Below the pieces are notes generated by a model. The model saw only the letters and a program-made list of their open reading frames with translations, did no database searches and was not told the origin of the DNA. This document shows positions 9,006 to 18,484 of a stretch of DNA of 32,449 bases, piece by piece. Both the position numbers and the translations under genes were made by a program. The stretch lies in IMG/VR virus record IMGVR_UViG_3300032116_000830, positions 1 through 32,449 of that record. One strand, 5' to 3'. Each line of letters opens with the position of its first letter. Positions within the stretch are counted from its first letter, which is position 1. Source of the DNA: a virus. Lineage: Duplodnaviria; Caudoviricetes.

Positions 9006-9599
9006 TCAACCTTTCAACTTTTTTATGATTTCAATTATCGTATTCGGCTCGATTTCGTCAGTGCCTATTGGCGGCTGATTTTCAAGTGATTTGATATATT
9101 CAATTACCATATCCATATTAGCATTTTTAACGTTCTCTAGCAATGAGCGCATTTTCATAATCTTGGCTTTGTCATTGGCGGCGAATGTTACAGGACTAAA
9201 TTCCCACAAACGAACTTCTTTAAGCATTCTAACTCTACGATTTCCCATCATTTTATAATCATCTTTGACCACATCATAACCTATCGACATTTCAGTAATG
9301 ACTCCATCTTTTATAAGTGTCATTGCTTTCTTGCCTGTATCGGTCATGCTTATTTTGGCTTTGACATATAAACCATTGTCATCTTCAATCATTTCCTTTG
9401 GAATTCCAATTGGCTCAGAAGCATCATGTTGCCACAATACTTTAATGCGTCCTTTATTTTCTGCAATAGTCTTTTTAAATGCACCGCGTTCGATGATGTC
9501 ATCGTATGCGTCAATGTTATTAAAAAAACTTGCGTAGCCTTCGAACTCATTATCATTGAGTGCCTTAGTTTCAAATTTAATGGCTTTGAAGTCCATCAT
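9006..9599 (-). CDS. HK97-family prohead protease
   Basis: FEGYASFFNNID...GAFKKT...LWQHD...MSIGY...LWEFSPVTFAAN. Confidence 0.95.
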   Translation of the reverse strand: MMDFKAIKFETKALNDNEFEGYASFFNNIDAYDDIIERGAFKKTIAENKGRIKVLWQHDASEPIGIPKEMIEDDNGLYVKAKISMTDTGKKAMTLIKDGVITEMSIGYDVVKDDYKMMGNRRVRMLKEVRLWEFSPVTFAANDKAKIMKMRSLLENVKNANMDMVIEYIKSLENQPPIGTDEIEPNTIIEIIKKLKG

Positions 9600-10231
9600 G
9601 CATCATCTCCGTATCTTTTTTTAATTTCTTCATTCATAAGATTTTTCATGTACTCCAAACCTCTTGAACCGACTGTGTGCCATTTCATTTGTGCAATTAC
9701 TCCTGCGGGTCGCAAATTCTCATAATGTCTAGCGCTCCACGCTTCCCTTAGCCTTATCGCTTCATTTTGTCTTGGTGTCAATTGGTCTGTAGGAATTTTA
9801 TTTTTTCTAATATCATATAGATGACGATACTGTTCATTACCGAGAATATTACCGCCCAAACTCCAAACCTTCGGATATTTTTCCTTTATCCTTTCCGCAA
9901 ATTCAAGAGGAAATAATTCGTATTTAGAATTTGTTAATGATACTGTTTCATCATCTCCGTGTTGCGGGAAATTCGTAACTTTTTTAATTTGATTTATCAT
10001 AAATATTAATTCGTTGTCATCTATTTCTTCCTCGATATTTCCTGATTCTTCTTCTATATCTTCTAACTCGTCATCTTCTTCCATTTCATCTTCGAAAGTT
10101 TCCCATTGTATTTCACAAACCGCAAATCGCTGTTCCAACTTCCCGAATTCATCAATCATAACTTCGTCGCTCATGCACCTTGTTAAAAATGATTCTTCAT
10201 CTTCTTCTCGTTTTGGTCTTGGTAATGGCAT
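9596..10231 (-). CDS. Hypothetical modular head-region protein
   Basis: MPLPRP...FLTRCM...QRFAVC N-terminal module, acidic linker, globular C-terminal domain. Its stop overlaps the protease start. Confidence 0.7.
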   Translation of the reverse strand: MPLPRPKREEDEESFLTRCMSDEVMIDEFGKLEQRFAVCEIQWETFEDEMEEDDELEDIEEESGNIEEEIDDNELIFMINQIKKVTNFPQHGDDETVSLTNSKYELFPLEFAERIKEKYPKVWSLGGNILGNEQYRHLYDIRKNKIPTDQLTPRQNEAIRLREAWSARHYENLRPAGVIAQMKWHTVGSRGLEYMKNLMNEEIKKRYGDDA

Positions 10232-10232
10232 A

Positions 10233-10793
10233 TCATATTACCCCCGTCGGAGTTTCTTCATAGTATTTTAAGCGCAATAATCCTGTTGTGTCTCCATCTG
10301 CAACAATTCGCTGAATCTTTAATAAATAATTTTCATTCTTTTTTGTGATAAATTCCCACATGTCATAACTATTTTGAGAACCTGCCATTGTTTGCCCGAC
10401 TCCTGTTGAACCGACAACATAATAAACTTTTCTTTTTGTTCCATCTGCTGTAACTGTTGAATTAGTGTAAATCTTTAAACTGCTTGTATTATTCGATGTA
10501 TGGTCACTATTATAAATTGTTACTTGCTGTGGAGATGTTGACTTTGCAACTGTAGGATTGACATATAACCATGCTTTTACTTCGGGTTTGTTTGTTGTTA
10601 ATTCAAAATCTTTTAAATGGCAATTATAAATTCCAGTTTCAAGATGATAATAAAGAGATGTTGTGCCTGTTAAGGTAAATTCTATATCAACATCATATCC
10701 TCTACCGTCATGGATTTTACTGTGTTCAAACTCCATCGTCTTGCGAGCAAATCCGCGTTCCTGTATTGAGTTTCGCATTGTTTCCGAAGCCAT
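10233..10793 (-). CDS. Hypothetical beta-rich protein, possibly virion-associated
   Basis: GGAGGTGA RBS, 186-aa Thr/Ser-rich ORF inside the head module. Confidence 0.65.
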   Translation of the reverse strand: MASETMRNSIQERGFARKTMEFEHSKIHDGRGYDVDIEFTLTGTTSLYYHLETGIYNCHLKDFELTTNKPEVKAWLYVNPTVAKSTSPQQVTIYNSDHTSNNTSSLKIYTNSTVTADGTKRKVYYVVGSTGVGQTMAGSQNSYDMWEFITKKNENYLLKIQRIVADGDTTGLLRLKYYEETPTGVI

Positions 10794-10802
10794 CTAATCA
10801 CC

Positions 10803-11582
10803 TCATATAATAACTTCTATTCGTTTCTGCCTTTCCTGAACTTCACTCACATGATATCGTTCAGTCCACATTTTAATCTTCGTGAATCCCTTTTGACTTG
10901 GTGTCATCCCTGCACTTTCTGCGTATGAGTTTTCATAGTCAAGAGATGAGCCTGTCGCCACAAAATATTGCATTATGATTTCTTTTTTCTCGTATTTTGG
11001 ATTCGGGATTATCATCTGCTTTGTATGGACTTGCCTTTTATGCACGTGTCCCATCAAATAAATATCTGCTAGTACATATTCACTTTGCTTTTGCAATCTA
11101 TTTAGTGAAGTTCCTGCACTTCCGCCATTGCCCGAGCCATGCCATACATTAACTAAATATGACCGTTTGCCAATGACATAACCTACAATCCCTTGATAAC
11201 GCATATACTTATTTTCGATTTCGAGCATCTGACAAAGATATAACGATAAATCAAAGCCACTTGTTTTATATATACGTTCCTCGTGATTTCCTGTTACTAC
11301 TCCATCGATAAGATGACGAACATCATATAATAGATTCTTAACTCGCATCATTTGTTGTTGTGCGTTTTGCTCTTGCTCATATACTCCTGCTCCAACGCTT
11401 TCTTTTGTTGCAGTTTCGGCTAAATCGCCCATTAATATAATTCGTGCTGTTTTATCATTTTTAATTTCTTTGATTTGTTTATTTATAAGTTTAACATCGC
11501 AATGCTCAGAGCCTAAATGCCAATCGCCCAAAGGGTAAAGTGTGATTAACTCTAATTCTGCATCACTCTTTATAATTTTCAT
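10803..11582 (-). CDS. Calcineurin-like metallophosphoesterase
   Basis: GDWHLG, MGDL, GNHE, WHG and GHVH metal-binding motifs. Confidence 0.9.
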   Translation of the reverse strand: MKIIKSDAELELITLYPLGDWHLGSEHCDVKLINKQIKEIKNDKTARIILMGDLAETATKESVGAGVYEQEQNAQQQMMRVKNLLYDVRHLIDGVVTGNHEERIYKTSGFDLSLYLCQMLEIENKYMRYQGIVGYVIGKRSYLVNVWHGSGNGGSAGTSLNRLQKQSEYVLADIYLMGHVHKRQVHTKQMIIPNPKYEKKEIIMQYFVATGSSLDYENSYAESAGMTPSQKGFTKIKMWTERYHVSEVQERQKRIEVII

Positions 11583-11597
11583 GGCTCACCACTTTCA

Positions 11598-11813
11598 TTA
11601 ATTCATTTCGTTTAATTGCTCTAATGATTCTTTTGGAGTAGACATTCTTATTTCATCTTCTTTGACTAAAATAACATAAGGCAATCCTACAAATGCAACT
11701 TCTTCTGATTCAAACATCGGTTCATACACGTCATATCCTCGCCATTTACCAATGTAAGATATTTCATCATATCCTTGTTTTTTTGCAAATTTCAAAATAT
11801 TTTCTTCACTCAT
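11598..11813 (-). CDS. Putative immunity protein for the MuF toxin
   Basis: 71-aa acidic ORF with ATGA overlap directly after the toxin domain. Function inferred from position only. Confidence 0.55.
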   Translation of the reverse strand: MSEENILKFAKKQGYDEISYIGKWRGYDVYEPMFESEEVAFVGLPYVILVKEDEIRMSTPKESLEQLNEMN

Positions 11814-13225
11814 GGCAATTCCCTTTCCATTATATTATTCACTGTATTTAGATTAAACATTTTATCGTCTATTCTTAATATTTTTGGTGGTGTAAATATT
11901 TTTATTTTTCGTGTTGTGAATGAAAATTTAAACTGATTAAAATAGCCTAACAAATCTTCGTAAATTTCTCCTATTTGAGGGTCATATAATCTTAATTCGC
12001 CTCTTGCATTTTTATACATGGTAATAATATGTGCTGTTCTTTTTCTTCCTTTCCACTCAAATTCTAATGTATATCTTTCATTTTTTTGAACAATGTTATC
12101 TATAAATTTTAAAAATTTTTTAGGGCTATCTGCTGTTTTATCAAATAATAAACTTGGCTTTAGTCCAGTTTGTGGGTCTAACCATGCTAATCGTGTATCA
12201 TATGATAATTTTTCCAACATTGAACCTTTAGTATTAGGCAATGTTGTAACTTCAAATCCTCTTAATCTAGCTTCAAACGTTACAACACATGATTGGCAAT
12301 TTATTCTATATCCTTCATCTTTTGAAAAGTTCGGATTAGGTTTACCGTGATTTGCTTCATCAAACGACATTTCTTGACCTCGTTTAACTCCTGCAATTTC
12401 GTCTGGTAATAAAGGATTTTGTATTATTGGCGTTGGATTCTCCTGAAATTCTACTGTTGGTTGTTCCTGCGTTAATCCTGCATAATCATAACCTATCGCG
12501 CAACGACAATTTATAACTTCGCTTGCAGGTAAATTAAAATCGCCTGGAGCTTCTCCGAAAAAGCCATTAACATTAAATAACTGGTCTAATCCTATTGGCG
12601 GATGATTTGCCATCGCTAGATGAGATTCTCTTGTGCTATCGTCAAATGTTGGAATCCATACTTTGTTAAGCTTAGATGATGTCTGTTTAGCTCCCGCCAT
12701 GCTTCCGTAGTTTGACGCGCTAACAACTTCAGTACGTGCGATTGTTTTACTTCTGTTAGGGATGATGTTGTCTAAATACAATCCATCTATCATTAATTCA
12801 GTTTCTGGGATACTTTTTCCTTCTTCAATTGCTTTTGCTACAATTCGTTTTATTTCTTTTTTTGTGGTTTCTGTGATTAAAACTACTTTTTCGGCTGTGA
12901 TGTCGTCAACATATCTCTTTATTTCATCTGTTAAAAAATCAAATCTTTTTTTAGCTTTAATCTCTGGAGCTTTTGACTCAATATCGTTATAAGTACGTGT
13001 TCCAAAGTCTTTGATGATTTCTGCATAAAAAAGTTTAAACATCTTGTGCCACTTATCATAATCTTCATTAATGATTTCAAATATCTCATTGGTCAGATTG
13101 TCATTGTTAAAGTTTTTCTTTTTGATTTTCTTCCTCTGTTCATCAAATGCTTTGGCTACTTCTCGTTCTACTTTAACATAAAACGGATTTCTGATTCGCT
13201 CAAACTGCTTAAAGAGTTTTTTTTT
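11810..13225 (-). CDS. MuF (SPP1 gp7-like) minor head protein with C-terminal papain-fold toxin domain; probably expressed as a -1 frameshift extension of portal
   Basis: RSKTIARTEV...W...DDSTRESH...PGD...INCRC MuF motif, then NCQSC...EARLRG...AHI...YDPQ. Frame is open upstream of ATG 13042 with no ATG/GTG/TTG back through the A9 run. Confidence 0.85.
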   Translation of the reverse strand, partial: KKKLFKQFERIRNPFYVKVEREVAKAFDEQRKKIKKKNFNNDNLTNEIFEIINEDYDKWHKMFKLFYAEIIKDFGTRTYNDIESKAPEIKAKKRFDFLTDEIKRYVDDITAEKVVLITETTKKEIKRIVAKAIEEGKSIPETELMIDGLYLDNIIPNRSKTIARTEVVSASNYGSMAGAKQTSSKLNKVWIPTFDDSTRESHLAMANHPPIGLDQLFNVNGFFGEAPGDFNLPASEVINCRCAIGYDYAGLTQEQPTVEFQENPTPIIQNPLLPDEIAGVKRGQEMSFDEANHGKPNPNFSKDEGYRINCQSCVVTFEARLRGFEVTTLPNTKGSMLEKLSYDTRLAWLDPQTGLKPSLLFDKTADSPKKFLKFIDNIVQKNERYTLEFEWKGRKRTAHIITMYKNARGELRLYDPQIGEIYEDLLGYFNQFKFSFTTRKIKIFTPPKILRIDDKMFNLNTVNNIMERELP

Positions 13226-14427
13226 GCGTTTAAATCTTTCTGTTCTGATTCTTCTGGTATCTGCATACCTAAATCATTAAAAAACACATCGCCGCCTAAA
13301 ACATCATCATATTCAAGCGCAAATCGTGCTTCATTCCGTTTTATTAGTCCATTCTTCCACAATTCCACAGTACGTTTAACTAATGCATCTTGACTCTCTT
13401 TTAATCCTGATACCGCTGATAAATCATAAGTTAATATAAGATTGTCAGCATATCGCGGTAATAAATCACTTGCTAACTTGTCTTTAATTGTTTCCAAATA
13501 TCTCGGGATGATGGTGTTCTCCCAAAAAGATTTGACCGCTTCGTTAAAGTTCGAATATGTCTGTCCTTCTGGGTCACCTACTAATTGAGAAGGAACGCCG
13601 AACGCGCTACAAATTTCTGTTCGATTTAATTTTCTTTGATTGAGAAAATCCATATCAACGCTAGATAATCCTATCGGCTGATATGTGGCTCTATCTGCAT
13701 TCAGCACAAGCGGTAAACGTGCGTTTGTTCCTCCGCCGTATCGCTTGCGCCATTCATCTCTTAAATTGTCGATTAATTCAGGCGATGGATTTTGAATTGT
13801 GAATATTCCCGCAGGAACGCCGCTATTCTGTAATGTGGATTTGTTCCAGTTGACTGCTTCGTTCTCGGTGTCAATGGTTCGACTTAATGCTCGTATTGGC
13901 GATAACCCGTCATATATTTCCAACGGGTCATTAAACTTGCTCCATAGTATTTCTTCCTTGTTATAATAAATCGGCTTGTAAATATCATATTGATAACCAC
14001 TAACAAATAATTCTTTGCTTGGAATCGGCTTCACGTAGTGAGGATATAGCGGAACCATTTGAGTAGGCATAGAAGGGTTGATATATTCGGCATAAAATTT
14101 TCCTTCAATCGCTAGGTACGTTGTCCATAAATCAATAAAATCCCTGCCACTCATAAAGCTGTTAGCTTTAAGATTAAGCATGTCAAGGATAGGATGTTGT
14201 TCTATTTCAATGTTCCTTCCACCGCGCCCACGTCTATATAATAACCATGGAACGCTTGATGTTGCTGAAGCAATTTGAGTAACGCAAGCATAAACCCAAA
14301 CAACCTTATTATAAGCTTCTGTTATATACTGTTTATCCTTCTGAATCGTCCAATAAGGTTGACCGTAGTTCCCTTCGCTCACATATTGATACTTCTGTTT
14401 GCGTAAAAATCTGTCCCAAAAAGCCAC
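13168..14427 (-). CDS. Portal protein (HK97 family); likely GTG start at 14427
   Basis: VWVYACV...HPILDML...GLSPI...NSGVPAGI...EICSAFGVP...TYSN...NEARFAL. GGGGTGA RBS before the GTG. Confidence 0.94.
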   Translation of the reverse strand: MAFWDRFLRKQKYQYVSEGNYGQPYWTIQKDKQYITEAYNKVVWVYACVTQIASATSSVPWLLYRRGRGGRNIEIEQHPILDMLNLKANSFMSGRDFIDLWTTYLAIEGKFYAEYINPSMPTQMVPLYPHYVKPIPSKELFVSGYQYDIYKPIYYNKEEILWSKFNDPLEIYDGLSPIRALSRTIDTENEAVNWNKSTLQNSGVPAGIFTIQNPSPELIDNLRDEWRKRYGGGTNARLPLVLNADRATYQPIGLSSVDMDFLNQRKLNRTEICSAFGVPSQLVGDPEGQTYSNFNEAVKSFWENTIIPRYLETIKDKLASDLLPRYADNLILTYDLSAVSGLKESQDALVKRTVELWKNGLIKRNEARFALEYDDVLGGDVFFNDLGMQIPEESEQKDLNAKKNSLSSLSESEIRFMLK

Positions 14428-14437
14428 ATAATCACCC

Positions 14438-15652
14438 CTAAAATAAAATTGCTTTATCTGCAAAAAAATCTTCTATGGCATATCTTAACGCATCTATCAA
14501 GTGATTATCTCTATCGACAGGTTGATTGATATAGAAGCCGTTTCTATCCATTTTGTATTGATAAATTTCTATTTCTTTCTTGAAATGCATACATTTTGGA
14601 TGTATAACTATTTTTTGCTTTTTAAGCCATTCAATCCCTTGATTTACTGAGTTTTTACCTTTTATTGCCGCTTTTGCTTTTATTCCTAATGCTTGCAACT
14701 CTCTTATGCTTTTTGGGTCTGCGCTGTCACATGTGATGTATTCATTGCCGATTATCTCCCTTATTCTCTCCGCTAACATGTCATTAGTCATTTCTAATTC
14801 CGCAAACTCATCTATAATATAAATTATTTTATTGTTTTTGTCATAATGTATCCTTATCAATGCGGAAGGGTCTGTTGCAAATCCGAAATCCAATCCATTA
14901 TAGTAATTATCGAATGTTGAATAATCAAATTCTTCAACTACATAATTTTTGAATATTGTTCTACCTAAAACTCCCCAATTACCCAAAGTATAAACATTGT
15001 AATAATATTCATCTTTTTCGTTTTCCATATTAAATATATCTTGTTGTGTTAAAAATCGATTATCTTTATAAGTAGTCTTTAATATCATCATATCATCATT
15101 TTTAAAAAATGTCCCTTCAAAAGTTTGAAAATACTCTTTAAATAACCAATGTGTTTGATAAATAGGATTAAATGACATAATAAACCTTTTAGTTAACTTT
15201 GATTCTCCGCGCAAACGTTTCTTTAACTGCTGAACATCCTCATATTCAACTTCCGTAGCTTCCTCTATCCATATATCGGTGATGACTCCTTGCGATGGTG
15301 TAATTGACTTTATTTTTTCTGTGTCATCCAATCCCGCGGTGAGTATCTGGCATCCGTTCTTGCATGTCAATGAATTGTCTGATTTGTTAAGCTCGAATAG
15401 ATTATTCATCTTCAAATTATCGATTGCTTTAATCAATTCATTCATTACGCTTCGTTTTATTGTTCTGGCGGTCTTTCGACATATGAGATAATTCCGCTGA
15501 TTAGCTACCACATCTATTATAGTGCGCTGTGCGAGGAAATAACTCTTTCCTGATGCACTCCCACCGAAAAATATTTGTAGTGGTGTAGTATCGTCTATAT
15601 AAGGTAAATAAGCCGCATTAAACTTTCCGCGGCTAATCTCATATTCAATCAT
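14438..15652 (-). CDS. Terminase large subunit (PBSX family)
   Basis: GGSASGKS Walker A, IWIEEATE Walker B, SFNP, GLDFGF..DP, NHLIDALRY. Confidence 0.96.
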   Translation of the reverse strand: MIEYEISRGKFNAAYLPYIDDTTPLQIFFGGSASGKSYFLAQRTIIDVVANQRNYLICRKTARTIKRSVMNELIKAIDNLKMNNLFELNKSDNSLTCKNGCQILTAGLDDTEKIKSITPSQGVITDIWIEEATEVEYEDVQQLKKRLRGESKLTKRFIMSFNPIYQTHWLFKEYFQTFEGTFFKNDDMMILKTTYKDNRFLTQQDIFNMENEKDEYYYNVYTLGNWGVLGRTIFKNYVVEEFDYSTFDNYYNGLDFGFATDPSALIRIHYDKNNKIIYIIDEFAELEMTNDMLAERIREIIGNEYITCDSADPKSIRELQALGIKAKAAIKGKNSVNQGIEWLKKQKIVIHPKCMHFKKEIEIYQYKMDRNGFYINQPVDRDNHLIDALRYAIEDFFADKAILF

Positions 15653-15989
15653 CTGTTATTCTCACTTTTATAATATTGTCGCCTTGATGGCTTATCTCCT
15701 GCTTGTCTGTCTGGCTTAGCCAATTCTTACCGAGCCATACTAGCATAGTTGTATTACCTGCCATTGCCGCTGTATATTGTGCGCGTCTCAAGCTCATTTT
15801 GCCTTTGCCTCTGTTTTTAGCAAAATACTCCGAAAAATTCATATTATATTCATCTTTTATGATTCTATCTAATGTATCATAGTTAATATTAAAATAATCT
15901 GCTATTTCTTCGCCTGTGCATTGTATCATGCATAACTTTTCCAATGCTTCGAAGTCAATTTCTTTTTTAGGTCTGCCTAGCTTTCGCAT
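15645..15989 (-). CDS. Terminase small subunit (likely start MRKLGRPKK)
   Basis: GRPKKEID...CTGEEIA...SLRRAQ...GNTTMLVWLGKNWLSQTD, directly before terL. Confidence 0.85.
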   Translation of the reverse strand: MRKLGRPKKEIDFEALEKLCMIQCTGEEIADYFNINYDTLDRIIKDEYNMNFSEYFAKNRGKGKMSLRRAQYTAAMAGNTTMLVWLGKNWLSQTDKQEISHQGDNIIKVRITDD

Positions 15990-17218
15990 TTTATCGCCTT
16001 CTTTCCTGTGTATTGCTCCCATCTTCTTATAATAACATCACAAAATTTTTCGTCTAACTCCATCGCATAGCATCTTCTGTTTAATTGTTCAGAAGCCAAT
16101 ATAGTAGTTCCTGAACCTGCAAATGGCTCTATGATTATATCATTTTCATCAGTCATCGCTTGTATATATTCAAATGGCAATTCAATCGGAAATGGAGCAG
16201 GATGATTTTTTCTATTTTCTCCTAGTTCGTATAAAATTGTTTGTACTGTCATCATCTTTTTAAATTTTTTCATTGTATCGCCTTTACTACTGTATTTAGT
16301 GCTTCCGTCTTTTTGTCTAACTGTTCTCAATCCACCTTTTTTAATGCTTTCTTTCTTTTTTTCTACAGTTAAATTTAATTCATAGGAATCAATTCCAAAT
16401 ACGAATATCCATTCGTGATTTATTGCAAACATTGCACTTGATTGTCCAATACTCCCGCTTTCTATTTTGTTCCATACATTCCAAGATAAAAATTTATATC
16501 CTACTTCTTTTGATTTTTCTATATAATCATTCCAATATTCTATTAATTCATGGTTTTTTCTTTGTATTCCAAGATTAATAATTTGATAATCAGTGTATTT
16601 TTTGTAACATTCGATGAATTTTATTAAATTTTTAATGGAAAGGTCTTTTTCTCCATTATAATCTCTTATATCTGAATAAGGCGGGCTAGTGAACAATATT
16701 CTAGCTTTATTTATCATCAACTTTGAAACATCTTTGGAATTTGTACTATCTCCACACATTAAACGATGATTGCCTAATTCCCATATATCTCCTAACTTTA
16801 CAACTGAATCTGTTAATTCAGCATTAAATTCATCTTCTTCTGCTTTTTTTAATTCCATTTTAAAACTATTTTCATCAAATCCCGTAAATTCATTTAATCC
16901 GTCTAGTTCTATTGCTAATAAATCTAAATCCCAATGACTTTGTTCACTTACTCTATTATCGGCTATCCTAAAAGCCTTTATTTGGCTTGGTGTCAAATCA
17001 TCCGCGATTATGCAAGGAACGCTTGCTATACCTAATTTCTTCGCCGCTTTTAATCTGGTATGTCCTGCCACGATTTCATTGTTGCCATCGATAATAATAG
17101 GATTCTTAAATCCGAAATTTTTAATAGATGACGCTACTGCATCGACTGCTTTATCGTTTTTGCGTGGATTGTTTACATATGGTATTAACTCGCTGATTGG
17201 TTTATAGATGATGTTCAT
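15977..17218 (-). CDS. ParB/Srx-like N-domain fused to an amino (N4C/N6A) DNA methyltransferase
   Basis: LIPYVNNPR...GHTRLKAA...ADNR; HRLMCGDS; TSPPY; HPAPFP; EPFAGSGTT. Confidence 0.92.
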   Translation of the reverse strand: MNIIYKPISELIPYVNNPRKNDKAVDAVASSIKNFGFKNPIIIDGNNEIVAGHTRLKAAKKLGIASVPCIIADDLTPSQIKAFRIADNRVSEQSHWDLDLLAIELDGLNEFTGFDENSFKMELKKAEEDEFNAELTDSVVKLGDIWELGNHRLMCGDSTNSKDVSKLMINKARILFTSPPYSDIRDYNGEKDLSIKNLIKFIECYKKYTDYQIINLGIQRKNHELIEYWNDYIEKSKEVGYKFLSWNVWNKIESGSIGQSSAMFAINHEWIFVFGIDSYELNLTVEKKKESIKKGGLRTVRQKDGSTKYSSKGDTMKKFKKMMTVQTILYELGENRKNHPAPFPIELPFEYIQAMTDENDIIIEPFAGSGTTILASEQLNRRCYAMELDEKFCDVIIRRWEQYTGKKAIKCES

Positions 17219-17592
17219 TGTTTCAACTCCTTGCCAATTTCCTCAATCCATCTTACACACACCGCCGCCGTTTGTATTAGCTCTATATATAAGTTAATAA
17301 CATTCTTATATTGTTCTTCCTCTTGCAATTCCTTGGCTACTTCTCCGACTTCTTCCATCAATACCGCCAATCTAATATGATGAGGAAATTCATGCAATTC
17401 ATCTTGCCGCTCGCGTTCGATGGAGATTCTTTCGAATATCTGCATCCGCTTATTAATCAATCTTGGGTCATGTTCATCAAATGTACCGTCATAAACTTCT
17501 TTTAAAACTTGATGTATCGTATTTATGTCATATCCTGATTCCTGCAAATCTCTTAAAAAGTTTATTAACATTTTCTTGTCTAAGAGTATCAT
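17215..17592 (-). CDS. MazG-like nucleotide pyrophosphohydrolase
   Basis: ERERQDE...LMEEVGEVAK...ELIQTAAV. Confidence 0.8.
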   Translation of the reverse strand: MILLDKKMLINFLRDLQESGYDINTIHQVLKEVYDGTFDEHDPRLINKRMQIFERISIERERQDELHEFPHHIRLAVLMEEVGEVAKELQEEEQYKNVINLYIELIQTAAVCVRWIEEIGKELKQ

Positions 17593-17801
17593 ATTTTCTC
17601 CTTTATCTTTTTAATTAAATATTTAGGATTGACGTTAGTTAAATTATTAAACCATTCGCTATAAAAAAATTGTTCTGTCTTGATTCGAAAGTTTCGGAGC
17701 GTTTTATTATCTTTGTCTTTTTTTAGTGCTTTTAAGCATGATTTATATTCATCAACTGCTGTGATGATTATTTCATTAGCTAATTGCTCATAAGGTTTCA
17801 T
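17589..17801 (-). CDS. Conserved hypothetical phage protein
   Basis: YEQLANEIIITAVDEY...EQFFYSEWF pattern; overlaps both neighbours. Confidence 0.7.
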   Translation of the reverse strand: MKPYEQLANEIIITAVDEYKSCLKALKKDKDNKTLRNFRIKTEQFFYSEWFNNLTNVNPKYLIKKIKEKI

Positions 17802-18484
17802 GCTTTCGCCTCCAATGCGTCAAATTTCTTCTTTTTCATTTCTGGATTATTCCGTAAAATTTCGCATTTTTTCCAAAATGTTCGAACTGCGATTAAAATA
17901 TCATGCAGGCGTTCCCTATCGATACTTATATTATACAATTCTATTGTTTTTGGGTCAAAATGCTCATTGCGTTGGTATAATGCTAATATAGCTTTTTCCA
18001 TTTTAAAAATGTGAAAATAAACATGAATCTGATTTAAATAACTTTGCATATCTGGGATGTAAGTAAAGGTTTTCACCTCCAAGATGATGTTGCGTTCATA
18101 GTCAATCCCATCTAGTACACCGCTTAACTTGTAATCATGGCATCGCTGTTTAGCGGTCATGAAGCTGTATCCTTTCTTTTCAATCTCGTTAATGATATGC
18201 GGCTCCATCTCGTTTCCGTATCTGGTATACATGTTGTCAACTTCCTTGCGTGGAATTATTCCTACTTTTTCTTGTGCAAGATTATAAGTTGAGCGGTTTC
18301 GCTGTGTCATAATGATATTAATTTCACTTGCTCCAAGATACTCCCCGCTTAATACTCGCGGTGCCTCGGGAACTCTTCCAACATCCTGCCGTAAATGTAT
18401 TGCCGGATGTAGAATCGCGGTATTCCTGTTATCTGTTTTAATTCTGAACATCTCCTTTTCCGATTGTTCCAAATGTATTGCCAT
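17798..18484 (-). CDS. YqaJ/lambda-exonuclease-like nuclease (true start probably downstream, near 18350-18400)
   Basis: LGASEI...YGNEMEP...SGVLDG...ILEVKT...YLNQIHVY PD-(D/E)XK pattern. Confidence 0.8.
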   Translation of the reverse strand: MAIHLEQSEKEMFRIKTDNRNTAILHPAIHLRQDVGRVPEAPRVLSGEYLGASEINIIMTQRNRSTYNLAQEKVGIIPRKEVDNMYTRYGNEMEPHIINEIEKKGYSFMTAKQRCHDYKLSGVLDGIDYERNIILEVKTFTYIPDMQSYLNQIHVYFHIFKMEKAILALYQRNEHFDPKTIELYNISIDRERLHDILIAVRTFWKKCEILRNNPEMKKKKFDALEAKA

